This document shows, piece by piece, positions 5,845 through 14,074 of a stretch of DNA of 64,000 nucleotides. Numbering within the stretch: position 1 is the first letter of the stretch; the number at the start of each line of letters is the position of its first letter. A program made the position numbers and the translations under genes. The DNA lies in the IMG/VR virus record IMGVR_UViG_3300009709_000022, positions 1 to 64,000 of that record; one strand, written 5' to 3'. The notes under the pieces are model-generated. The model was not told the DNA's origin and did no database searches. It saw only the letters and a program-made list of their open reading frames with translations. Source of the stretch: a virus.

Positions 5845-5920
5845 GCCAGATTCGACAAGCGGCTAAGTCACTTGGCCTACACCCAAGCATCCGGGGGTTC
5901 GAGTCCCTCATCTGGCACCA
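5845..5920 (+). tRNA. tRNA-Val(TAC) with C33
   Basis: CTTGG-CCTACAC-CCAAG, A73. Confidence 0.87.
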
Positions 5921-5924
5921 AGTT

Positions 5925-6026
5925 CGCCCATTCGTCTGGCCGGCGGTTCGAGACCGCGCTGCGCACCCAACCGCGCAAACGGGTCCGGCTCCGAGTGGGG
6001 GTGGTTCGATTCCACCAGGGCGGCTA
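5925..6026 (+). ncRNA. tRNA-like element lacking a normal anticodon arm and CCA
   Basis: Perfect T arm GGTGG-TTCGATT-CCACC (6000-6016) and CGCCC/GGGCG acceptor-like stem; aberrant middle; ends GCTA. Confidence 0.45.
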
Positions 6027-6047
6027 ACGGCCGCTCGCGCAGGGTTT

Positions 6048-6121
6048 CCTCGCGTAGCTCAACGGAAGAGCTTCCGCTTGATAAGCGGCAGACAGTGGTT
6101 CAACTCCACTCGCGAGGACCA
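6048..6121 (+). tRNA. tRNA-Ile(GAT)
   Basis: Loop TT-GAT-AA, ACCA. Confidence 0.92.
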
Positions 6122-6168
6122 TCTCATGCAAGCATCGTGTATGCTGTCACAAAAGGAGGGCAACCTGC

Positions 6169-6378
6169 ATGCCCATTACGACACGACGGAAACGAAAGAC
6201 CACGCCGCGCAAGACTTCACTGAAGAAGATTGCAACTCTGATCATCATGCGCGACAGCATGACTGAGTTCGAGATCGCCGACGCGAAGAGAGGGTTCGCG
6301 AAGTCCGGGGTGAATCTGATTGTCATTCCTTACGGCAGTGGATCGTCTACGCCTCGTATTGAGGCTCAACCGTTTTAA
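6169..6378 (+). CDS. Small basic hypothetical protein
   Basis: RBS AAGGAGG; stop abuts tRNA-Gly. Confidence 0.6.
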   Translation: MPITTRRKRKTTPRKTSLKKIATLIIMRDSMTEFEIADAKRGFAKSGVNLIVIPYGSGSSTPRIEAQPF

Positions 6379-6454
6379 GCGAGCATCGTCCAATGGTTAG
6401 GGCCACAGCCTTCCAAGCTGTTGATGACCGGTTCGAGTCCGGCTGTTCGCTCCA
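6379..6454 (+). tRNA. tRNA-Gly(TCC)
   Basis: ACAGC-CTTCCAA-GCTGT, TCCA. Confidence 0.93.
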
Positions 6455-6460
6455 AATCAG

Positions 6461-6484
6461 AAGGCCACCCATTCGGGTGGCCTT
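6461..6484. terminator. Hairpin closing the tRNA array between convergent units
   Basis: AAGGCCACCC-ATTC-GGGTGGCCTT. Confidence 0.75.
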
Positions 6485-6490
6485 TGCCAT

Positions 6491-6892
6491 TTACGCTTGC
6501 AGCATGCCAGAGGAAAGAAGACCTCTTAAAATACCTGCAAAAATGTGATCTTTTGCGCGTTGCGCCTTTGGCAGTTCAGAGTAGGGGACGAAGCATGGAT
6601 GCTCTTTTTTTTCCGCATCCTTAACGGGACCGTACCCCCATCCATCGGCACGTTTTTGTTCCATCCAGGACTCGTGAAGTCGTTCCGGTATCTGCCGAAG
6701 GCGCTCGCTGCCATCTCCGTAATATCGCACCGTCCGCAGGAAGTATTTGACGCCGGTAATGTTCGTTTCTTGCTGCCATGAAGGAGCGGATGACCAGTCA
6801 GGAAAAGATGTGTCTCCCAATGCAAGGGCGTATGCCCGGTTGGCTTCGTAGCAAATACGCGCCGCTTCTTCAATTGTGATGAGTTCTTCCAT
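6491..6892 (-). CDS. RyR-domain phage protein
   Basis: HESWMEQKRADGWGYG...K.HPCFVPYSELP..QRAKD. Confidence 0.85.
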   Translation of the reverse strand: MEELITIEEAARICYEANRAYALALGDTSFPDWSSAPSWQQETNITGVKYFLRTVRYYGDGSERLRQIPERLHESWMEQKRADGWGYGPVKDAEKKEHPCFVPYSELPKAQRAKDHIFAGILRGLLSSGMLQA

Positions 6893-6966
6893 GATGTCCT
6901 CGCTAGTGGATGTGGTGATGCTTGCACGAATGCTATCATCACACCATCTCAACGCTGGTGCGTCCT

Positions 6967-8331
6967 GTGATCATTTACAACTCACTATTCCCCCAGGTGC
7001 AGAACGGGCTCGCTGCCCGGCTCCGCTCCATGCTGCCCACCCTTGCCGCCTACGGCTTCAACGGCCTGCTGTGGCCACCCCTCACACAGAACGGATCGGG
7101 TGGAGAGAAGTCGCAGTCCCTCGGTTATGACAAGCGGTACGACCTGCATGTTGGACAGTGGGATTCTCTCCGCTGGGGTTCCGCGCAGGATGTTCAGGCG
7201 ACGAATCTGGAAGCCCACCGCAACGGGATGATGGTGCTGGAGGATTCTGTCATCCATCAGTATTCTGGCGCCGGCGCGCAGACATACAACGAGCTGGGAG
7301 CGGAAGGCCAGCCCGATTCTACGCTGTTCCCAAAGCGTCCTTCCTGCTTCGTCCATCCGGAGACGCCGCGAGACACGCTATTCGACGCTGATGGCGATCA
7401 GCCATACGGCGACCAGGTAACGTACCAGCACTGCAAGCCCGCCGGATACATGCTCAAGGGCATCATCCAGGCAACGCAGTGGCGTCGCAACCGTCTAGGC
7501 ATGGACGGCATGCGCGTGGACATGGCTAAAAACGAGGCCTCTGCGATCGTCAAACAGTACGCTGCAGCCGTTGGCGGGTGGAACTTCTGCGAGACCTTCG
7601 TTGGTGACAAGGGCGAACTAGGCAGCTTCATCTCGCAGACTGGACAGCGCGTGCTGGACTTCCCATTCCATTGGGCAGTGCAACACATCTGTGACCACGG
7701 TTGGTCATTGCGCTCATTCCCCGGCAGCTCGCTATGCGAGATGAATGCCAGCAAGAGCGTTCTCTTTGTTGACACCGCGGACACGGATCAGAGCAACGAT
7801 GAGAACGTGAAGTTCAACAAGCTGTGGGCATACCTGCTTGCGTTGACCATGCCCGCGGCGGCCGCACTGGTTTACGCGGGCGATTACGAACGCTATGGGC
7901 TAGCGAAGCCCATCGACAACCTTGCGTGGATTGCCACGACGTTCGCTATTGGCGCGCTCACTTGGCAGCACGTCGACGACACGGCGTTGGTGTGGTCGCG
8001 GGATGGTGACGGAGGCTCCCTGGGATGGTCCGGTGGCTTGCTCTGTGCCTTCAGCACGCAGCCGGTGGAGCAACGCAGCGTATGGACTCCAACCACCTTT
8101 GCGTCAGGCACACACCTGCACGATTACACCGGACATGGGCCCGACTTGTGGGTGGACGATGACGGATGGGTTGAGCTGCAGCTTGGGCCCAACGTCAACG
8201 GAACCGCCGCAAACTACGTCTGCTACGCACCTGCCGGCGTCAATTACAAAATACCCATCCACGCGCGTCCAGAGGGCATCCGGGGCTCGCTCTACGACTT
8301 CTCTGACATAACTGTGAGGTTCACCGCATGA
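6967..8331 (+). CDS. GH13 alpha-amylase-family glycoside hydrolase (start uncertain, 6922-6967)
   Basis: LWPP, GYD, DGMRVDMAK (nucleophile), FCE (acid/base), FVDTAD (region IV). Confidence 0.85.
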   Translation: MIIYNSLFPQVQNGLAARLRSMLPTLAAYGFNGLLWPPLTQNGSGGEKSQSLGYDKRYDLHVGQWDSLRWGSAQDVQATNLEAHRNGMMVLEDSVIHQYSGAGAQTYNELGAEGQPDSTLFPKRPSCFVHPETPRDTLFDADGDQPYGDQVTYQHCKPAGYMLKGIIQATQWRRNRLGMDGMRVDMAKNEASAIVKQYAAAVGGWNFCETFVGDKGELGSFISQTGQRVLDFPFHWAVQHICDHGWSLRSFPGSSLCEMNASKSVLFVDTADTDQSNDENVKFNKLWAYLLALTMPAAAALVYAGDYERYGLAKPIDNLAWIATTFAIGALTWQHVDDTALVWSRDGDGGSLGWSGGLLCAFSTQPVEQRSVWTPTTFASGTHLHDYTGHGPDLWVDDDGWVELQLGPNVNGTAANYVCYAPAGVNYKIPIHARPEGIRGSLYDFSDITVRFTA

Positions 8332-8825
8332 GGTTCTATCTCGACACCGAATTCAGCGAGCGTGGGAACCAGTTTCCCGTGAAGCTCATCAGCCTGGGAC
8401 TAGTTTGCGAAAATGACCAAACGTTTTACGAAGAGAGCGCAGAGTTCCGCGAACAGGATTGCAATGATTGGGTAAAGCAAAACGTGCTCCCATCTCTGCG
8501 AAGACCTGGTAATGGCGTTCGTTTTCCAATCGATCTTATTGCCCATCGATGCGAGCAATGGGTACGCGAGCAATGTGATGGAGAGAAGCCAGAATTCTGG
8601 GGCTACTACTCTTCGTACGACTGGGTCGTATTCGCGCAGATGTTCGGCACCATGATCAATCTTCCGAAGGGATGGCCGATGTACTGTCGTGACATCAAGC
8701 AGCTTGCAGATAGCCTCGGTAATCCGAAGCTCCCACCCCAAACATCGACGGAGCACAACGCGCTCAACGATGCCCAGTGGAACAAGACCGCCCATGAATT
8801 CCTGATGGGCTTGGAGAAAGCATGA
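8328..8825 (+). CDS. DEDDh 3'-5' exoribonuclease (Rv2179c-like)
   Basis: FYLDTEF, YDWV, LPKGWPMYCRD, HNALNDA. Confidence 0.88.
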   Translation: MRFYLDTEFSERGNQFPVKLISLGLVCENDQTFYEESAEFREQDCNDWVKQNVLPSLRRPGNGVRFPIDLIAHRCEQWVREQCDGEKPEFWGYYSSYDWVVFAQMFGTMINLPKGWPMYCRDIKQLADSLGNPKLPPQTSTEHNALNDAQWNKTAHEFLMGLEKA

Positions 8826-10576
8826 AGACTGCTCTGCGTATTTTCTTCATCGCCATCGTGTGTGCCATTTTGTTGATTCTTCCTATGGCGTTGTTCGGCC
8901 AATCCATCACGACCAAGAGCTACGACAACGCACGTACCAGCGAGACCCGCGTTGAAACAATGCTGACGCCGGCCACGGTCAGCAAGGGCATGACCATGCT
9001 GCCGCGAATCCCCTGCATTGGCGACGCGCGTGGGTGCGAAGCGCAGCCGCTGATTGATGGCGCGGTCATGACTCTCGCTTCCGACGCCAACGTCATTCGT
9101 GGTGTAAACCCAGACGGTGGATCGGCAATCTGGCAGACTCCGCAACTTTGCACGCCAGTCACGTCGATTCCTGGAAATGACATGTGGCGTGTGAACGATC
9201 ACTTCGGCATGCTTTCAACGGGAGTAATCGATGCAGACACGCACAAGCTCTATCAAGTCGGGACGTGTTCGTCTGATGGCAGCGGCTCGCAACAGAGCAT
9301 GCAGCAGAAGATGTTCGTCATCAATACGCGCACAGGTGCGGTATTGGCGTCCACACTTCTTGATGCCACTTCCAACGGCCAACGTTATTCCTCTTCCCCT
9401 CGTAAGCAACGCGCCGCGCTTGCTCTGTGGAAGGTCAACGGGGTTAAGTTCGTCGCGATCGCTGCTGGCTCGTTCACGGAGTCTGGCCCGAATGCGACTG
9501 GCTGGCTGATGATGCTGGACACGTACAACAACAAGGTCAAGGCTGCGCTCGCGTTTCGTGCTGGCGTGTGGGGATCTTCGCAGGGGCCGGCCATCGATGA
9601 TGATGGAACAATCTATCTCGGGACTGGTAATGGGCTATTCAACGGCACCACGGATTTTGGCGAGTCCGCGCTGAAGATTAAGTTCACGCCACCGACTGCC
9701 ACAACCGCTGCCGCACTCTCCGTCGTGGGCGACTTTACGCCGTTTCTTGATTCGCAGCGCGAATGCACGAGAGCAGCTCTGACCACACCGTTAAGCCAGG
9801 TGAACGCGACCACAGGTGCGACGCCTGGTGCGACAATGGCGATGGCCAACCCGCGGTGTGATTCTGTCTGGACAGATCAGGACGCACACCTGACATGGAC
9901 GCTGGTGAAGCGCTTCAACCAGTTCATCTCTGCAGGCAAGGATGGCATCGGCATGGTCATCCCCACACAGAAGTTCCCGCAGACCGCTCCCGGTGATTTC
10001 AATACGGTGGCGCAGCGCCGCGCGAACTGCGCTCTTGTGGCGATGTATGAGTTTGGGTGGAACCTGGGTGTGCCGGCTTGCCCGGATGACCCCACGGTCC
10101 TTAATCAGCTCTGGGGTGGAAAGACGCGGCACCAGCATGCTCCGCCTCCGCAATACACGGCACCGGATGGCACGTTCTACATCATCTTCTCGGGCGAAAA
10201 CTCACCGATGCAGGTGTGGCGTGCAGATGCAGCAGGTGTATATCACTACGTCGCACGCACAACCGTTGCTGCAAGCAGCAAGGTAGGTAATGGTATGCCT
10301 GGAGCGTTTTGCTCTGTGAGTGACAACAACGGTTCCGGCGCGATTCTGTGGTGCTCGGTGCCGGATGGAGACGCCAACCGCACGGTAACTACAGGCCGGC
10401 TGTACGCCTTCGACCTTGCGCGCATGATTGCGGATGGATCTGGTGTTCAGGCGGTGCCGATATTCGTGAGCGAGCAGTACGTCTACAGCAAGTTCTCTCA
10501 GCCGATCGTGTGGAACGGCTTGGTGGTGCTCGCCGATTACGCTGGTTCGATCATGGAGTGGAAGACGAATCAGTAG
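8822..10576 (+). CDS. Secreted PQQ-repeat-like beta-propeller protein
   Basis: Signal peptide; YDNART..ET.LTP, STGVID, QRAALAL, GPAID..G.IY..TGNG. Confidence 0.75.
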   Translation: MKTALRIFFIAIVCAILLILPMALFGQSITTKSYDNARTSETRVETMLTPATVSKGMTMLPRIPCIGDARGCEAQPLIDGAVMTLASDANVIRGVNPDGGSAIWQTPQLCTPVTSIPGNDMWRVNDHFGMLSTGVIDADTHKLYQVGTCSSDGSGSQQSMQQKMFVINTRTGAVLASTLLDATSNGQRYSSSPRKQRAALALWKVNGVKFVAIAAGSFTESGPNATGWLMMLDTYNNKVKAALAFRAGVWGSSQGPAIDDDGTIYLGTGNGLFNGTTDFGESALKIKFTPPTATTAAALSVVGDFTPFLDSQRECTRAALTTPLSQVNATTGATPGATMAMANPRCDSVWTDQDAHLTWTLVKRFNQFISAGKDGIGMVIPTQKFPQTAPGDFNTVAQRRANCALVAMYEFGWNLGVPACPDDPTVLNQLWGGKTRHQHAPPPQYTAPDGTFYIIFSGENSPMQVWRADAAGVYHYVARTTVAASSKVGNGMPGAFCSVSDNNGSGAILWCSVPDGDANRTVTTGRLYAFDLARMIADGSGVQAVPIFVSEQYVYSKFSQPIVWNGLVVLADYAGSIMEWKTNQ

Positions 10577-11474
10577 GCAATCCCACAGACTGGTTAATCA
10601 CTTTCTGCAGCTTGTCGATGGCAGGCATTTTGGCCGACTCTTCCCCTTTGTACCGGGCGTAGAAGTCGGCCAAAGTCTTTGCGTCTTCCATCGCCTCCAT
10701 GAGCGCCATTGCGCGTTCGAAGCGCATGGGTTCCTCCAACTTTGCAATGCGCCGGATCTCCACATCGAGGCGGCGCTCATACGGCAATACAGGGATGGCC
10801 TTGTCAGGTCCACTGTACTTGTTGTGGAGCATCGAAAGCATGGCCTGGCGATCAAAGCGCGCGGGGTCGCGAAAGTGATAAAGAGCCGTGAAGAATCGAT
10901 GGAAGGCCGCGATACCCATGAGTTCGCCAAACACCGGATCTGAATGCAACGGGATGTCGTAGAGCACGCACAGCCTTCGAAAGTCACGGAGGTCACAGTC
11001 AAGCAAGTCGCACACCATGGACGCCGGAAGAAACGGCCTCATGGGGAGAGGCATGAACATAGTACGCAGCCAGTCCATCGCGGCCGCCGCTGGCATCTGC
11101 ACAACTCCAGGACTAGATTCTTTCAGGTACCCGTGATTTACGAGCGGGTGCAGCCGGTCAATGGAAACACAGAGTTCTTTCGCGAGGTCAGCGAGAGGTA
11201 TTGTTCTCTTCGGACTTCCGGCCAGCGAGCTTTGAATCCCGATTTCTTTGGTGACGATCGCGCGCAATCTTTGAGAAGAAATCCGATCCCTTGATCTTGA
11301 GCGTTTGCTTGCCCCCGAGCGATCCGACTGTAGAGAAAAAGTCCGGGTCCGAGCGATGTAGGGCTTTCTTTGCTCGCTTTTTGGGGGCTGTTGATCCACT
11401 TTTCTTCGTCCTCTTAGCCGATGCCATGCTCGCATGATACCGCGTAGAATGCAGAAAGAAAAAGATGCTTGCAT
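10551..11474 (-). CDS. Hypothetical protein with HTH-like segments (true start probably near 11200)
   Basis: IPLADLAKELCVSIDRL...GYL; 5' part overlaps a more credible ORF. Confidence 0.55.
   Translation of the reverse strand: MQASFSFCILRGIMRAWHRLRGRRKVDQQPPKSEQRKPYIARTRTFSLQSDRSGASKRSRSRDRISSQRLRAIVTKEIGIQSSLAGSPKRTIPLADLAKELCVSIDRLHPLVNHGYLKESSPGVVQMPAAAAMDWLRTMFMPLPMRPFLPASMVCDLLDCDLRDFRRLCVLYDIPLHSDPVFGELMGIAAFHRFFTALYHFRDPARFDRQAMLSMLHNKYSGPDKAIPVLPYERRLDVEIRRIAKLEEPMRFERAMALMEAMEDAKTLADFYARYKGEESAKMPAIDKLQKVINQSVGLPTDSSSTP
11188..11427 (-). CDS. KGG/general-stress-like small basic protein
   Basis: Repeated DFFSxxG/A..GG motif; RBS-like GAG upstream. Confidence 0.55.
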   Translation of the reverse strand: MASAKRTKKSGSTAPKKRAKKALHRSDPDFFSTVGSLGGKQTLKIKGSDFFSKIARDRHQRNRDSKLAGRKSEENNTSR

Positions 11475-11530
11475 CGGTACACTACTTTGTGTATTGTTGG
11501 CATCGTACTAGATGAAAAGGAGAACCCGTC

Positions 11531-12463
11531 ATGGCTACACCAGGAAACGCTATTGCCACCTTGCCGAACCTCTCAGGAGAGGTGTCGTCGGGTGGAACGC
11601 TTGCGCCACGCAACATTACAGAGGCTTTTGATTTCGCACAGATGTTGCTCATATCAGGCATGCTGCCGAAGCCATACATCGGAGCTAAACCGGAAACGAT
11701 TGTCGTCGTCCTCCAGTTTGGATATGAAGTTGGCTTACAGCCGATGCAGGCGTTGCAAGGAATCGCAAACATTAACGGGATGCCCTCGCTGTGGGGCGAC
11801 GCTGCTCTTGGTCTGGTAAGAGGGAGCGGGCTACTCGAATACATCGTAGAGGACGACTTCAACACTATCCGCGCGAACAAGATGGCGACATGCAGGATCA
11901 AGCGTCGGAATGAGCCTGAAGTGATTCGTACGTTTTCACTTGAAGATGCAAAGGAAGCCAAAATCGCTGATAACGCGGTGTGGAAGACGTATCCGCAGCG
12001 CATGATGCAGATGCGCGCTCGCGGGTTTGCATTGCGCGACGTGTTTCCCGATGTGATGAAGGGCCTCATTCTTGCCGACGAGGCGCAAGATTACCCCGTG
12101 ATTGATGCTTCCAATGCTGTGCAGCAGCAGCAGACTGCGAAGTCTGGACCGGATTCCAGCGGTAAGGCTCGCGAACCCGAGCAAGCCAAGGTCGTTGACC
12201 AGAAACCTGCAGAGGCAACGGCTGCAAAGCAGGAAGCACCGGAACAGCAGCCTCAGAATGGAAATGTGACTATCGACCAAGCCCGTCAGTTCTACCAGGC
12301 GTACGTGCATACCGGGTGGACTGTAGACGACTCAAAGAAGTTCTTGCAGGAACGCTTTGGTGTCACAGACTCTCGTCTTATTCCCGCTGCGCGCTTCGCT
12401 GAGGCGATGCGGTGGGCTCGCAATGAACCCGAAAACATGGACGCAGAACCCTGCGACCAGTAA
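11531..12463 (+). CDS. recT: RecT-like single-strand annealing protein
   Basis: G.EVGL.PMQALQ.I..ING.PSLWGD, W.TYP.RM..MRARGFALRD.FPD. Confidence 0.8.
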   Translation: MATPGNAIATLPNLSGEVSSGGTLAPRNITEAFDFAQMLLISGMLPKPYIGAKPETIVVVLQFGYEVGLQPMQALQGIANINGMPSLWGDAALGLVRGSGLLEYIVEDDFNTIRANKMATCRIKRRNEPEVIRTFSLEDAKEAKIADNAVWKTYPQRMMQMRARGFALRDVFPDVMKGLILADEAQDYPVIDASNAVQQQQTAKSGPDSSGKAREPEQAKVVDQKPAEATAAKQEAPEQQPQNGNVTIDQARQFYQAYVHTGWTVDDSKKFLQERFGVTDSRLIPAARFAEAMRWARNEPENMDAEPCDQ

Positions 12464-12559
12464 CGGGTAAGCTCTCCCAGATACTTTGACGGGTTCCTCT
12501 GGGAGCATGGGTGGCGGTGTCCTTGGCGGGTAGCCGCCACCCATTGATTCGAACCCGTT
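12462..12559 (+). ncRNA. Structured intergenic RNA, candidate anti-RBS sRNA
   Basis: Three-way junction; loop carries the exact complement of a recurring RBS motif. Confidence 0.45.
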
Positions 12560-12571
12560 TGCGAGGACGAC

Positions 12572-13225
12572 ATGGCACTCATTGAAATCGATGGCGGCTA
12601 CTTTGACGGAGACGGCCGCCACGATTACTACGACGCAGGCAAGAGTTGGATTCCGAGCTGCACGCAGATACTCAAACTCCAAGGGCTGACCTCTTACGAG
12701 GGGATCGCTCCTGAAGTTCTGGAGGAAGCCAGCCGGCGCGGCACGGAAGTTCACGAACTTACCGACGCGTACGACCGATTCGATGGCGACATTGACCCTG
12801 CATGGATTACGCCGACAGCGGAGCCTTATTTCAACGCTTATCGCCGCTTTTTGAAGGAGACAGGATTCGTTTCTGACAAGGCATGGATCGAGCGTTCGAT
12901 GGTGACGAAGATTTACGGTATGGCGCTTGGCATTAAGCCCGATCGCCGCGGCCGTATTGACGGTACCGATTGCGTGCTGGAAATCAAATGCACCGCGAGC
13001 GAGCAGAAGTCGTGGGCCTTCCAGACTGCCAGCCAGGAAATGGCAATCCTGAACACGCAGCGGTGTGGAGCCATGCGTAGGCATGCCCTCTGGCTGCGCA
13101 AGAATGGCACCTACCGCCTCATCCCCTACACCAACCACCACTACGATGCTTCGCAGTTCATCGCGGCCTTGAGCAACGTGTATGCACGCCTGGATGCCGG
13201 GCAGAAGTTGTGGGAGAAGTTCTGA
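12572..13225 (+). CDS. PD-(D/E)XK exonuclease (RecT partner)
   Basis: PSCTQIL, RGTEVHE, PDR...VLEIK, Q...Q; adjacent to the annealing protein. Confidence 0.75.
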   Translation: MALIEIDGGYFDGDGRHDYYDAGKSWIPSCTQILKLQGLTSYEGIAPEVLEEASRRGTEVHELTDAYDRFDGDIDPAWITPTAEPYFNAYRRFLKETGFVSDKAWIERSMVTKIYGMALGIKPDRRGRIDGTDCVLEIKCTASEQKSWAFQTASQEMAILNTQRCGAMRRHALWLRKNGTYRLIPYTNHHYDASQFIAALSNVYARLDAGQKLWEKF

Positions 13226-13563
13226 TGCCCTGGACACACAGAAGAGAGACGTTTGCTAAGGAAGAATCCATGCTCCGGTTATTTTGTGATGAGCGTGGCC
13301 TGACGTACGCTGTTCGCAACCTCAACGCACCGACGTATGAGCTTGCTCGAATCCATGGCGAGAATTTCGTCATGATCGCTTACCCACACAAGACGTCCGC
13401 CAATAATTACCACATTCGGATGCGCGACGGAGGATCCCAAGACAAACGCGCTTACATGGAAGCGGTGGCTGAACTAGACAAACTCGCCGGCTTTAATTGC
13501 ACGTTTCAGGCGAAACACATGAGCACGCTCAAGCACGAGTTACGGAAAGAAGGAAACCGATGA
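13225..13563 (+). CDS. Hypothetical protein
   Basis: TGATG coupling. Confidence 0.6.
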   Translation: MPWTHRRETFAKEESMLRLFCDERGLTYAVRNLNAPTYELARIHGENFVMIAYPHKTSANNYHIRMRDGGSQDKRAYMEAVAELDKLAGFNCTFQAKHMSTLKHELRKEGNR

Positions 13564-13991
13564 TCAAGATATGGTGCGATTCTCGCGAAGAAGTTGAGAA
13601 AGTTCTGGAGTTATATCCAGCTCCAGCCTGGATCGTATCTAGGCGAAGAGAGTGGAAGACTTCAGCGCTGTTCAAGAGGATGGTCGATTACGAGCGGCAG
13701 ACCGGGGTTCCCACAGGACAAATGTTTCTGGTATCTCCTTTCGCCAATGACAGGCGGAATTTAATGGATCTGTGGCATCGATGGCACCCAAACAAACTTG
13801 CCCCTAACCACATCCCGGCTTCCGCGCATGAACATCTTCGTGGTCACGACAGCCCCATATTTATCGACGAATTTTTGACCATTACGAAACAACATCTGGA
13901 ACGGATCATGGTTGGCAAAGTGATAGCTGCGGTGGCAAGCCCAGAGCCGCGCAACTTTATCGACGATCAGTGGATGTCTGGTCAGAACTAG
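13560..13991 (+). CDS. Hypothetical protein
   Basis: ATGA coupling, RBS AAGGA. Confidence 0.6.
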   Translation: MIKIWCDSREEVEKVLELYPAPAWIVSRRREWKTSALFKRMVDYERQTGVPTGQMFLVSPFANDRRNLMDLWHRWHPNKLAPNHIPASAHEHLRGHDSPIFIDEFLTITKQHLERIMVGKVIAAVASPEPRNFIDDQWMSGQN

Positions 13992-14074
13992 GTAGTTACC
14001 AAAGATTTCTTGAGCCGTCTCATGCTTGCATGAGATGCTTGCATCTGAAGTAGAGAATAAAGGAGAACCCGTCA

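Noticed and set aside
162-5920. Reading the C33 tRNAs one base over (GAA, GCA, GGG, ACA anticodons)
   Set aside because: Paired stems fix 7-nt loops, and identity elements (Ser V arm, Ala G3:U70) agree with TGA, TGC, TGG and TAC.
14-6266. Many ORF-track entries overlapping tRNAs (e.g. 14-364, 3063-3572, 4308-4766, 5697-6266)
   Set aside because: Shadow ORFs across tRNA genes with no RBS or protein motifs.
12572-13225. Cas4/CRISPR system
   Set aside because: No repeat-spacer array or other cas genes seen; the context next to RecT indicates a recombination nuclease.
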